Origin: an uncultured Pseudomonadota bacterium
Lineage (GTDB): Bacteria; Myxococcota_A; UBA9042; PHBI01; CALCNF01
NCBI GenBank assembly: GCA_937897815.1
Contig: CALCNF010000177.1
Coordinates: 1-45,100 of the forward strand
Direction: 5' to 3'
DNA length: 45,100 nucleotides
Position 1 is the stretch's first letter. Every line of letters begins with the position of its first letter. This document shows positions 27,501 through 34,547 of this stretch, piece by piece. The notes under the pieces were generated by a model, which saw nothing but the letters and a program-made list of their open reading frames with translations, had not been told where the DNA came from and did not search any database. The translations under genes were made by a program, and so were the position numbers.

Positions 27501-29239
27501 AACCGACCCGCGCTGTCGAGCACCACAGGGACGCCGTTGGCCGTCACCGTGTTTCGGGGGTGCGAGGTGCCGCTGAGGTAGAGCCACGGAGACTGCAGAG
27601 GCTCAGAGGAGGGCGGCAAGAGCAGCTCGATCTGTCCGGCCGTGTCACGCTTGTTCTCCTCACCGCCCGGGATCATGGGATCGCCGAGCGCCCGTCGCAG
27701 GGCGTCTCCGCCAAAAGCCCTCAAGGGGTCCTCAGCGGGGAGGGTCGTCGTCCCCGTGAGCTCCTTGAGGTCTACGGCGCGCTCCCAGGAGACGCCAGAG
27801 GCGTTGACCATGCGAAGGGAGACAATGCCGCTACCAGGCCTCGGAGTCGTGCCCAGGAAGTGTCCTTCGCTGTGGACCTTGATCTTGTTGCCCTGCAGCC
27901 AAATCCCCGCGGGCTCGATAGGCGTCGAGAGCGTCACATCGGGAGCGCGCTCTGTCGGCGTGAGCAGGGTGATCTCCAAGCGACGATTGAAGGTCCTGTT
28001 TCGCTCGCTGATGTTGGGCAGCAGCGGCCGCACGCCTCCGTATCCCAGAGTGTCGATCCGCTCTCGCTCGATCTGCAGCTGGGTCACCAGCGCCTCGGCG
28101 GTCAAGAAGGCCCCTCGCCGCGAGCGCGAGAGCGCCATGTCGGGCTCCATGCTGTCGTCGGTGTGAACCTCGATGAGCAGCCGAGACTCAGGGTTCTCCT
28201 CCACGAGCGTCTTCAACTCTCCCAGGCTCTGACCGAGGAGCCGCGTCGGGTTCATCTCCTCGTCAAACAGGATCCCTCGTATGACCAGGCGCTCCACGAC
28301 GCCTCCGCCCTGCCCATAATCCACCCCAAAGGTGATCGGGCGAGCGCGCGAAACCGCCCCGTGACCATCGGTGATCGTCAGGATCGCCCGGTACATCTGC
28401 CCCTGATCGAGGACGCTGAAGACCTGGCTCGGATCGGTGCCATCCCACGACAGGCTGTCGGGAGGCTCGCCGCTCCCGAAGAACGAGCGGACCGTGCGCT
28501 CGATCCGCTCACCGACGTGAGCGATATCGATCCGCCACGTCGCGCCCTTCGCCGGTTCGCCACCGGTGGAGATGATCTCGGGCTTGAAGACAATGGGCTT
28601 CTTCAGCGGTCCGGGATGCCAGGAGAGGTTGTGGCCCCCCTTGACCTTGGTGCGGCCTGGAAAGTCGACCTCAAGGCCCGCGATGTTCACGGGCAGCGAA
28701 TGACTATCGACCGTGACCTGGGCGGGGGTCGTCTGCCCCGCAAGCAGCACTGTGGAGGCGAGCGCCTGGGTCGAGGCGATGGCCGGGGTATCGACGCCCT
28801 GAGTCGGCGCGTCGATCACATCGGGTGTGACCCGCTCGATCGAGCATGAGACGCCAAAGTCGACCCGAAAGATCATCCCGGGCGTCGTCCGCAGGTGACG
28901 CGTCAGACCTCCCGCGGGGATCTTCGCTCCCGCGACCGTGGTCGCATCAATCTTGATCAGCCGCTGTCCTGCCGTCAGACGACGGAGATGGAAGCGACCG
29001 TCACGATCGGTCCGCGAGAAATCGCCGGTGTCTGCGCGAACGTCGACACCGCCGAGACCCAGCTCGCCGTCCTGGCGCTTTCCATCGCCGTTGGTGTCAC
29101 AGAACAGAGAGCCGAGGACCAGGCTGGTACCAAACTCGGGCTCATCGTAGAGCTCGGTCGCTCCAGCGGCCATGGCGACGCCCGAGAAGGCGACCAGGAT
29201 CGGCACAAGGAGAGCTAGAATAAGAGGACGATTGTTCAT
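24581..29239 (-). CDS. Giant (1552 aa) secreted outer-membrane protein with internal OmpA-like peptidoglycan-binding domain and long beta-rich C-terminal region
   Basis: Signal peptide MNNRPLILALLVPILVAFSGVAMA. SdrD/Cna-B-like CDTNGDGKRQDGELGLGGVDV. FlgD-Ig-like SLSWDGTDPSQ...YRAILTITDGHG. OmpA-like LLIEVHTDDS...ALSRSRRGAFLTAEAL...NRTFNRRLEITLL. The C-terminus ends LRITGAY, an aromatic terminal residue as in BAM-dependent barrels. Confidence 0.8.
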   Translation of the reverse strand: MNNRPLILALLVPILVAFSGVAMAAGATELYDEPEFGTSLVLGSLFCDTNGDGKRQDGELGLGGVDVRADTGDFSRTDRDGRFHLRRLTAGQRLIKIDATTVAGAKIPAGGLTRHLRTTPGMIFRVDFGVSCSIERVTPDVIDAPTQGVDTPAIASTQALASTVLLAGQTTPAQVTVDSHSLPVNIAGLEVDFPGRTKVKGGHNLSWHPGPLKKPIVFKPEIISTGGEPAKGATWRIDIAHVGERIERTVRSFFGSGEPPDSLSWDGTDPSQVFSVLDQGQMYRAILTITDGHGAVSRARPITFGVDYGQGGGVVERLVIRGILFDEEMNPTRLLGQSLGELKTLVEENPESRLLIEVHTDDSMEPDMALSRSRRGAFLTAEALVTQLQIERERIDTLGYGGVRPLLPNISERNRTFNRRLEITLLTPTERAPDVTLSTPIEPAGIWLQGNKIKVHSEGHFLGTTPRPGSGIVSLRMVNASGVSWERAVDLKELTGTTTLPAEDPLRAFGGDALRRALGDPMIPGGEENKRDTAGQIELLLPPSSEPLQSPWLYLSGTSHPRNTVTANGVPVVLDSAGRFAQRIPMPVGESALEIVSTDALGFVARVTRSYTVTEESFFLMALVDGAGQLLGGHLLDDAKANTSWKVGDSMTVGGRAAVTFKGRIRGTKLAEELFVLAHLDTGKNPEFQPFHAQLVDPSRDYAVFADEAQDDHIQSRGPLYVLVRADRSKLTVGNVRPDLKGLGLVRYNRALYGALLELDHAFAPGYDTQLKGFVSEDTSRLKRGHDELRATGGSLYYLSRQDVLQGSERVQIVRRERDSRLELERRALKRDEDYRIDYRSGRITLSAPLSSTVLSSDNLVMLQPLSTVGAQVHGGHEVWIVVDYESTELDKDRALAGAVEVRQKITDRVTVTGGFVTETHAGDGAYQLYGGGIEAKVVDGTMIRAEVAGSSGYDGTSYRSNDGGLRYEKLAHEPLDPNGITPRRPEGMAFNVELVSDIGKSAGRDDLDLKLRSWWQVRQPEFNALGQIQDQGTEKAGGLLRWNPTKKDAIALRFDYQTALTPDDPNDFEDGLRQHTRSLTTGTYARSMGRFDLQTQVAIGQHRDSADGKTIDTQGLGLGGTWRLRDDLKATLGQQLILGGDDVIWGEGAMPRLTTRVGVAYQASKDVGVGLTEAVRWDGDNATMFSVRTKLDEESDLYVGQQLGSGSGAMGTSTVLGAETRQANGARSYSEYRLDDGVNGRTNRAVLGLSKKVHVADGVALAGSYERSQTFGGLQGDGSRDVIAGGLEILPISWLKFGSRYELRLDQEPIETDEDMATTVQAVALNGLTFNLSRDTNIMLMANFDLTQNLATRDVLREGLELTLAGIHRPRLADWLTITGRLSRYQRRYAFADGVERLEGTATHDQKESVDLLGVGAIIELPRGLELTEHAVYRYRKWLSPVGESSDSETLTSRAQDLLSIHRLGYRMLHYLDLSLEYRLLAMLSGDDAMHHGYLAEIAYAPGRHLASKSPYLRHMRVALGYDFSAIPRTLEPTLDDVSDGGVYLRITGAY

Positions 29240-29354
29240 GGGCTCCAGGCAGGCACCAGCGGGAGAGAGGCCATGCTAACCCGGGTCTTGGAGACCGTCC
29301 ATTGACCGAGCTACGCTCGGCGGGGATCGATGAGACCCACCCGGCTGAGAGGGC

Positions 29355-31163
29355 TCAGTTCGGGTTGTACAGGGTAATCGCGTGCTCCGAGCTCGTCTGA
29401 TCGATCGCCGCGCTTCCGCCGTATCCGCCGAGCAACACCGCCGTGCCGCGATCGCTGAGCACCGCGTGGTGTCCAAATCGGGGGAAGGGCATCGTCGGGA
29501 CGATCGGGCAGGTCTCTCCGGGAGCGCATAGGGTCGAAGAGTAGGCCAGATCGATCGTCGGCTTCGCGACCACCTGGGGCTCGCTTGAGGTGCAGCCACC
29601 GTCCACCTCGATCCCACCCTGCTGAGCGCAGAGGTCGGGATCGACCGCGGCGATCTGCCCGTTGGCATACTGACAGCAGACCCATTGGGTCTCGATCTTG
29701 TAGTACTCGTGGATGATCTCGATGGAGTCGAGCACCTCATCGCCGACGCCCACGCCGCCGCTCGTGAACACGGATCCATCATCGAGGACCACCGTCGAGT
29801 GCGCTCCGCGCGGGACGCGCAGCGGGATCGGGTCCGAGCGGAAGGTGTTCGTGGCGAGGTCATAGACATCCACGGCGCTCGTCGGATTCTTATGGGCGAC
29901 GTCCGTGTAGCCACCGATCAGGTACAGCCAGTTGTACTTGGTCTGCCCCGACGCTGCGTCCACGCTGACGACGTGCGCCGCCGTGTGCCGGGTCCGCCCG
30001 AGCCCATTGGTCATGGCGTAGGGATCCAGGTTCACGATCTGGCCATCATTGAGGTTGATGATGAAGCTCGACGCGTGGGTGTTTGTGTCCGATTCGCCGC
30101 CTGAGACCATGACGACGGGGAGGGCTAGACCGGGGATGTCCATCAGGGTGGCCGTGTGGAATCGGCGTGGCCCGTCGGGCAGGTTCCCCCATCCGATGGT
30201 CCCCTGGTAGGGCTCCCAGAGCTCGTAGGTGCCTGTCCCGTCCACATCACCACCCACGATGAGGATCGTGAAGGTATCCTCATCGACCAGGGTCGCCGTG
30301 TGACCATATCGGGGCTTGGAGATGTTGTTGGCCAGGGCGCCGGTCTCGCGAGCGGGATCGGGCTCATAGACCTCGACCGTCTCCAGAGGCTGGCAGCAAG
30401 AGCGCACCGGTCCGTTCAGATCGTTCACGATCGCCGTGCCATATCCGCCTGTGAAGATGACCTGACCCGTGCGCAGGGCCGTCGCCGTGTGCCAGGCCCG
30501 CTCCAGATCGAGGTTCTTATCGACCAGGGGGATCTGGCGGGAGTTGCTCACCTCGTCGATCACCTCGACGCTCGCCAGATAGGTGGGGTCGGCGAGACTC
30601 GTGGACTCCATCCCGGAGATCGAGTTCAGAGGAATCGTCCGACCTCCAGCGACGACGATCTCGCCATTCGGCGTGGTGGTCGTCGTGTGCCCGATTCGTC
30701 CTACGTCCAACACCTGAGCCGTTCCGGTGACCGAGCTCGTGAGGGAGAAGAAGCTGTTGATCCGGGCCAAGAGAACCGAGAGCGTCTGGGTAGGCGAGCC
30801 GTCGACCACGGACGCACGCACGCTCGCGCCGCGGCTCACAAGATAGCCCGGCTGACCATCTGGTCCTGCCGCCCAGCCCTCGACGACGACCCGACGCTTG
30901 GAGTCCCCGCTCGTGAAGGGCACGGCGTCGACCTCCGCGGAGCTCCCTGGTGTGTAGGGGACCACCTTCGTGGGCGTCACGTTCAGGTCATCGCCCTCCA
31001 CCGAGATCGCCACAAAGGCCACTCCAAGGAAGGGATCAGGGGCGTCCGCGGGCCCATAGACCTGCGTCGCCAGCCCGAGCGACATGGCATCATCATCGCA
31101 GCCAGCCAGGAGCCCTAGGGCGCCCAGGACCAGCACACACAGCGATCGTCTCAGTCCGTTCAT
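29355..31163 (-). CDS. Kelch-repeat beta-propeller lipoprotein
   Basis: ATG at 31163 gives MNGLRRSLCVLVLGALGLLAGC with lipobox LLAGC. Seven units of the type (R/F)xH(T/S)(A/T)...GG are visible, e.g. AWHTATALRTGQVIFTGGYG, YGHTATLVDEDTFTILIVGG, FGHHAVLSDRGTAVLLGGYGG. The track start at 31238 overlaps the upstream gene. Confidence 0.8.
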   Translation of the reverse strand: MNGLRRSLCVLVLGALGLLAGCDDDAMSLGLATQVYGPADAPDPFLGVAFVAISVEGDDLNVTPTKVVPYTPGSSAEVDAVPFTSGDSKRRVVVEGWAAGPDGQPGYLVSRGASVRASVVDGSPTQTLSVLLARINSFFSLTSSVTGTAQVLDVGRIGHTTTTTPNGEIVVAGGRTIPLNSISGMESTSLADPTYLASVEVIDEVSNSRQIPLVDKNLDLERAWHTATALRTGQVIFTGGYGTAIVNDLNGPVRSCCQPLETVEVYEPDPARETGALANNISKPRYGHTATLVDEDTFTILIVGGDVDGTGTYELWEPYQGTIGWGNLPDGPRRFHTATLMDIPGLALPVVMVSGGESDTNTHASSFIINLNDGQIVNLDPYAMTNGLGRTRHTAAHVVSVDAASGQTKYNWLYLIGGYTDVAHKNPTSAVDVYDLATNTFRSDPIPLRVPRGAHSTVVLDDGSVFTSGGVGVGDEVLDSIEIIHEYYKIETQWVCCQYANGQIAAVDPDLCAQQGGIEVDGGCTSSEPQVVAKPTIDLAYSSTLCAPGETCPIVPTMPFPRFGHHAVLSDRGTAVLLGGYGGSAAIDQTSSEHAITLYNPN

Positions 31164-31173
31164 CGCTGTCTCC

Positions 31174-33294
31174 CTACCACGACGCCGAGGCTCGGAAGCC
31201 CTCAGCCGGCTCATCACCCGTGAGCAGGAGCGTGCCACCGATCACGGCCACCACCGCGCCCGTGCCAGCCCAGACCCACCACTTCTTGTACCAGACGCCA
31301 GCGGCGTCATAAGGCTCAACCACGTTATCCGGATCATTCATCCATTCCAGCGCGCCCGATCCGCTAGCCGGAGGGGGCGTCGCCTCAGCGACGCGCGACG
31401 CCTCACGCCGCTCGCGCTCCGCGCGGCGCTCTTCTTCACGGCGATCGGCAGCGCGACGGTCTCGTGCTCGGTCGGCGCGAGCCTGCTCAGCCTGCCGGCG
31501 AGCATCGGCGAGACGCGCGGCCTCCTCACGAGCCCGACGCTCCAGCTCTGCGAGGCGCGCGACCTCATCATCCTCCCCGGCTCGGGCGGCGCGACGGCGC
31601 TCCTCCTTCAGACGGCGGGCCTCGTTCTGACGATAACGCTCACGAGCCTCGCGGTCCTCCTTGGCTCGCCGAGCCTCCTCCGCCAGACGACGGTCCCGCT
31701 CGCGGTTCTCAGCGGCCGTGCGAGTTGAACGCGCTTCGCGTTCCAGGCGCTCGGCCTCCAGGCGCGCGTTGCGCTTGCGAATGCGTTCCTGCTTGGCAGC
31801 CTCAGCGGCAGCCAGCTTGGCGTTGCGCTTCCGAAGGCGCTCCTGCTTGGCCGCCTCAGCGACAGCCAGCTTGGCGTTGCGCTTCCGAATCCGCTCTTGC
31901 TTGGCAGCCTCAGCGGCGGCCTCTTTGGCCTGCCTTCGTGCCTCGCGTTCCGCGCGCTGGGCCTCGAGAATCTTCCGCTTCTCTCGCTCCTTGGCGGCCC
32001 GCTCCGCCTCGCGAGCCTCGCGGATGATCTGCAGCTCCAGGCGGCGCTTCTCCTCTTCCTTGGCTTTCTGCTCAGCGGCCCTGCGTCGCGCCTCGATGTT
32101 CACATAGATGTCGCTCGGCCCGGTGAGCTTCCGGCTGACGGGGAAGGCTGCGAGGCCCGAGAGGACCTGCCCCTCCAGATTCAGAAGGTTCACCTGCATG
32201 TCGCTGAGCTCCGGATCGAGGCTGATCCAGTCAAGCTCGGCGATCCGGTTGCGCTCACGCTCCCAGATGAAGGTAGCCATCTCGTAGCGGTTCTTGTTCT
32301 TCCGGGCGTAGCCCATGACGATGTTTTCAATATTGTAGAAGCGAGAGACCTGGGCGGCGATTCGCAAGAAGCGCGTCCCAAACTTGCCCTGCTGAAGAAG
32401 CGTCACGAGGGGCTCGGGCGAGCGAAACTTCGGCGCCGCGTCCTTCTGCACCTTCAGGGGCTTGAGCTTCCCCTTCACCACGTGACCCTTCCCGCTCATG
32501 GAGATGGACTTGGCGTAGGACTGGTGTCCGTCGAGGACCATACGGACCACGTGAACGCCGCGAACCATGTTCCGCGCTTGGAACGGAGTCTCGCCCGCTC
32601 GGATACCGTCAATGAACACCTCGGCACCCGGAGGCGTGCTCTCGATTCGCACGCTGGTCAGGGCCGACGAGGTCTGCAGACGCTGGAGCTTCGAGAGGAT
32701 CTCAAGGGCCTCCTTGGGCACCTTTCGCTTGTCGAGGATCAAGTCCGGGCGGAACGAGAGGACGCGCTTGAGAGCCCGCTCTCCCTCAAAGGCCTGCCCA
32801 GCATAGAAGTAGGCGAGCGCGACCCCCAGGGCGCCATCAATGTACTTGTTGAAGTCCACCAACACATCGAAGCGTGACTCATACAGCTTCATGGACTTCT
32901 TAAAGGTGGCGGCCGCCTTGTAGAACTTGCCCTTGCCCATCAGCTCCTTGGCGTCCCAGAGCAGGTTGTCGGCCTTCTTCAAGCGGGCATCTTCGACCGG
33001 GATCTCGACCTTCTCTTCGACCACTGGGACCTCGAGGGTCTCCAGGGTGTAGAACTCAGCCTGGCCGCTGATGTCGAGCAGCTGCTTGAGGTAACGGTCC
33101 ACTCGGCCGGGTACCACCTCGCTGACACCCTCCTGGCTCTGTGTGGGGAGGATCAAGATGCGCGGCTTGGCGTTCGCTTCTTCACCGCTGCCCTGAGCCC
33201 GTACGTCATGGGCGAGCATCAAGCCGCAGACGAGGGCGAGCACGAACGGGGTCGTGCGCGGGGAGGAGACGAGTTCGTTCATCATATTGGGCAT
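31174..33294 (-). CDS. PEGA-domain envelope protein with TolA-like charged helical region and C-terminal TM anchor
   Basis: Probable start is ATG 33294 (or 33285/33282), giving MPNMMNELVSSPRTTPFVLALVCGLMLAHDVRAQG, which is signal-peptide-like. PEGA motif VRIESTPPGAEVFIDGIRAGETPFQARNMVRGVHVVRM. Then roughly 230 aa rich in R/E/A/K with three 18-aa repeats, and a C-terminal hydrophobic helix WWVWAGTGAVVAVIGGTLLL. Confidence 0.75.
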   Translation of the reverse strand: MPNMMNELVSSPRTTPFVLALVCGLMLAHDVRAQGSGEEANAKPRILILPTQSQEGVSEVVPGRVDRYLKQLLDISGQAEFYTLETLEVPVVEEKVEIPVEDARLKKADNLLWDAKELMGKGKFYKAAATFKKSMKLYESRFDVLVDFNKYIDGALGVALAYFYAGQAFEGERALKRVLSFRPDLILDKRKVPKEALEILSKLQRLQTSSALTSVRIESTPPGAEVFIDGIRAGETPFQARNMVRGVHVVRMVLDGHQSYAKSISMSGKGHVVKGKLKPLKVQKDAAPKFRSPEPLVTLLQQGKFGTRFLRIAAQVSRFYNIENIVMGYARKNKNRYEMATFIWERERNRIAELDWISLDPELSDMQVNLLNLEGQVLSGLAAFPVSRKLTGPSDIYVNIEARRRAAEQKAKEEEKRRLELQIIREAREAERAAKEREKRKILEAQRAEREARRQAKEAAAEAAKQERIRKRNAKLAVAEAAKQERLRKRNAKLAAAEAAKQERIRKRNARLEAERLEREARSTRTAAENRERDRRLAEEARRAKEDREARERYRQNEARRLKEERRRAARAGEDDEVARLAELERRAREEAARLADARRQAEQARADRARDRRAADRREEERRAERERREASRVAEATPPPASGSGALEWMNDPDNVVEPYDAAGVWYKKWWVWAGTGAVVAVIGGTLLLTGDEPAEGFRASASW
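31766..31927 (-). repeat. In-frame 54-bp tandem repeat x3 inside the PEGA protein gene
   Basis: Units are at 31766-31819, 31820-31873 and 31874-31927. Units 1 and 2 differ at 5 of 54 positions by my count; unit 3 is more diverged at its high-coordinate end. They encode AAEAAKQER(I/L)RKRNA(K/R)L(A/E) three times. Confidence 0.85.
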
Positions 33295-33458
33295 TGCGTG
33301 GTTCTGGGCTAGGATTCGGGAAGAGGGGGTGCGCCGCTGCGCGTCGTGCTTTGGCTCATCACCCGTGGATCGATTGGGCATCTCGTGCCCGAGTCGCTTG
33401 GTTTGGACCGCCCCAGAGGGGCGCACCTTAATGGTGTTGCCCTGGATGAGTCAACGCA

Positions 33459-34547
33459 TTGAACGAGCCCAACCCTGGATCGGATGAGCCAGCGACCGCG
33501 CCCGAGATTCGGCGCAGCCTGATCGCGCTCTTCGTCGGGACCGGGCTCATCGGGCTCATTACGCTTTTTGTCCCTGCGCTCCAGGGCCTCCAGCAGGGGC
33601 TCCTCGCCCTGCTCCTGTTCCTGGTGCCGTCGTGGGCGCTAAAAGGGAGCGGGAAGACGATCGACGACATGGGTGTGGACATGGGCCCCTGGCCGAAGAC
33701 CCTGCTCGTGAGCTTGATTTGTGGGCTGCTCATCTACCCCCTGTTCGCCGGGGTGTTCCACGGCTTTCACACCGAGGTCACCGGGGCCTCGGCGCGTTGG
33801 AGCCTGGAGCGCCTGGAGCGATTTGACGAGTCGCTCCTCGATGCTCCTCAGGCCCCCTGCGACACAAAACGATCGCAGGCCCAGGCCTGGATCGCGGGAC
33901 AAGGTCTTTGGATCCTGGCTCCCACCACGGCCGGCCTGGAGATCGACCTGGGCTCAGAGTCCGCGAAGATACGGCGCGCTCGATGCCGTGACGGCGCGCC
34001 CCACGCCGGCCCCGCTCGATCACGGAGCGGCGGAACCGTCAGCGTCCCTCCTGGTGGCGGGCTCTGGTACAGCCTCAAGGACCGCGGATCCTTCGAGCTC
34101 GATCTCCGATCCGAGGGCCGCGCGCTCAGCGGTCCACAGCTCACCATCGGGGCGCGGTCGGAAGAAGGTCCAGAGGGCGGGAAGCTCGCTGGATCGAAAG
34201 ACCTCTCCTGGATCGTCTTGTACCTGATCGTCCATCTGGGGATCGTGGCCCTGCCCGAAGAGTGGTTCTTCCGGGGCTATCTCCAGACGCGTCTCGACGC
34301 ACGTTGGGGGACCCCGTGGTCCTTCCTTGGAGCGAAGCTGGGCTGGGGTTTCGTAGCGAGCGCCTTCTGGTTCGCCCTGCTGCACCCCATTCTTCTGCCG
34401 GGCGCGCACCGGTTGCTCGTCTTCTTCCCGGCGCTGCTCTTCGGCTACTTGAGGGCGCGCACCGGCAACATCGGGGCTGCCGTGATCATCCACGCGACCT
34501 CGAATCTTCTGCTGGCCATCCTGGTCGGGATGTACGACTGGCCGTGA
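33459..34547 (+). CDS. CPBP-family intramembrane glutamic endopeptidase (CAAX protease/Abi family)
   Basis: Conserved EExxxR motif (LPEEWFFRGYLQTRL), FxxxH (FWFALLH) and a terminal HxxxN (IHATSNLL). Multiple TM segments. TTG start at 33459, with no upstream ATG in frame, so the start is uncertain. Confidence 0.8.
   Translation: MNEPNPGSDEPATAPEIRRSLIALFVGTGLIGLITLFVPALQGLQQGLLALLLFLVPSWALKGSGKTIDDMGVDMGPWPKTLLVSLICGLLIYPLFAGVFHGFHTEVTGASARWSLERLERFDESLLDAPQAPCDTKRSQAQAWIAGQGLWILAPTTAGLEIDLGSESAKIRRARCRDGAPHAGPARSRSGGTVSVPPGGGLWYSLKDRGSFELDLRSEGRALSGPQLTIGARSEEGPEGGKLAGSKDLSWIVLYLIVHLGIVALPEEWFFRGYLQTRLDARWGTPWSFLGAKLGWGFVASAFWFALLHPILLPGAHRLLVFFPALLFGYLRARTGNIGAAVIIHATSNLLLAILVGMYDWP

Noticed and set aside
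26882-28849. 655-aa plus-strand ORF inside the giant OMP gene; similar long antisense ORFs at 8460..9845, 18566..19939, 21984..23327, 23429..24481, 1432..2373, 2349..3233, 10772..11878, 31897..32877 and 5627..6229
   Set aside because: All of them overlap strongly supported genes on the opposite strand. They have Arg/Gly/Pro/His-rich low-information sequences. None shows a family motif.
29258-29273. Sigma-54-like element TGGCCTCTCTCCCGCT (GG-N10-GC spacing) on the minus strand upstream of the giant OMP gene
   Set aside because: Only the GG and GC dinucleotides and the TGGC match. The -12 region (CCGCT) is poor, and the element sits so close to the ATG that almost no 5' UTR would remain. I cannot distinguish it from chance in GC-rich DNA.
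31766-31927. Could the 54-bp tandem repeat be a CRISPR array or a minisatellite outside genes?
   Set aside because: The units are directly adjacent with no spacers and are in-frame inside a well-supported CDS. They encode a coherent 18-aa repeat, so this is a coding tandem duplication and not CRISPR.
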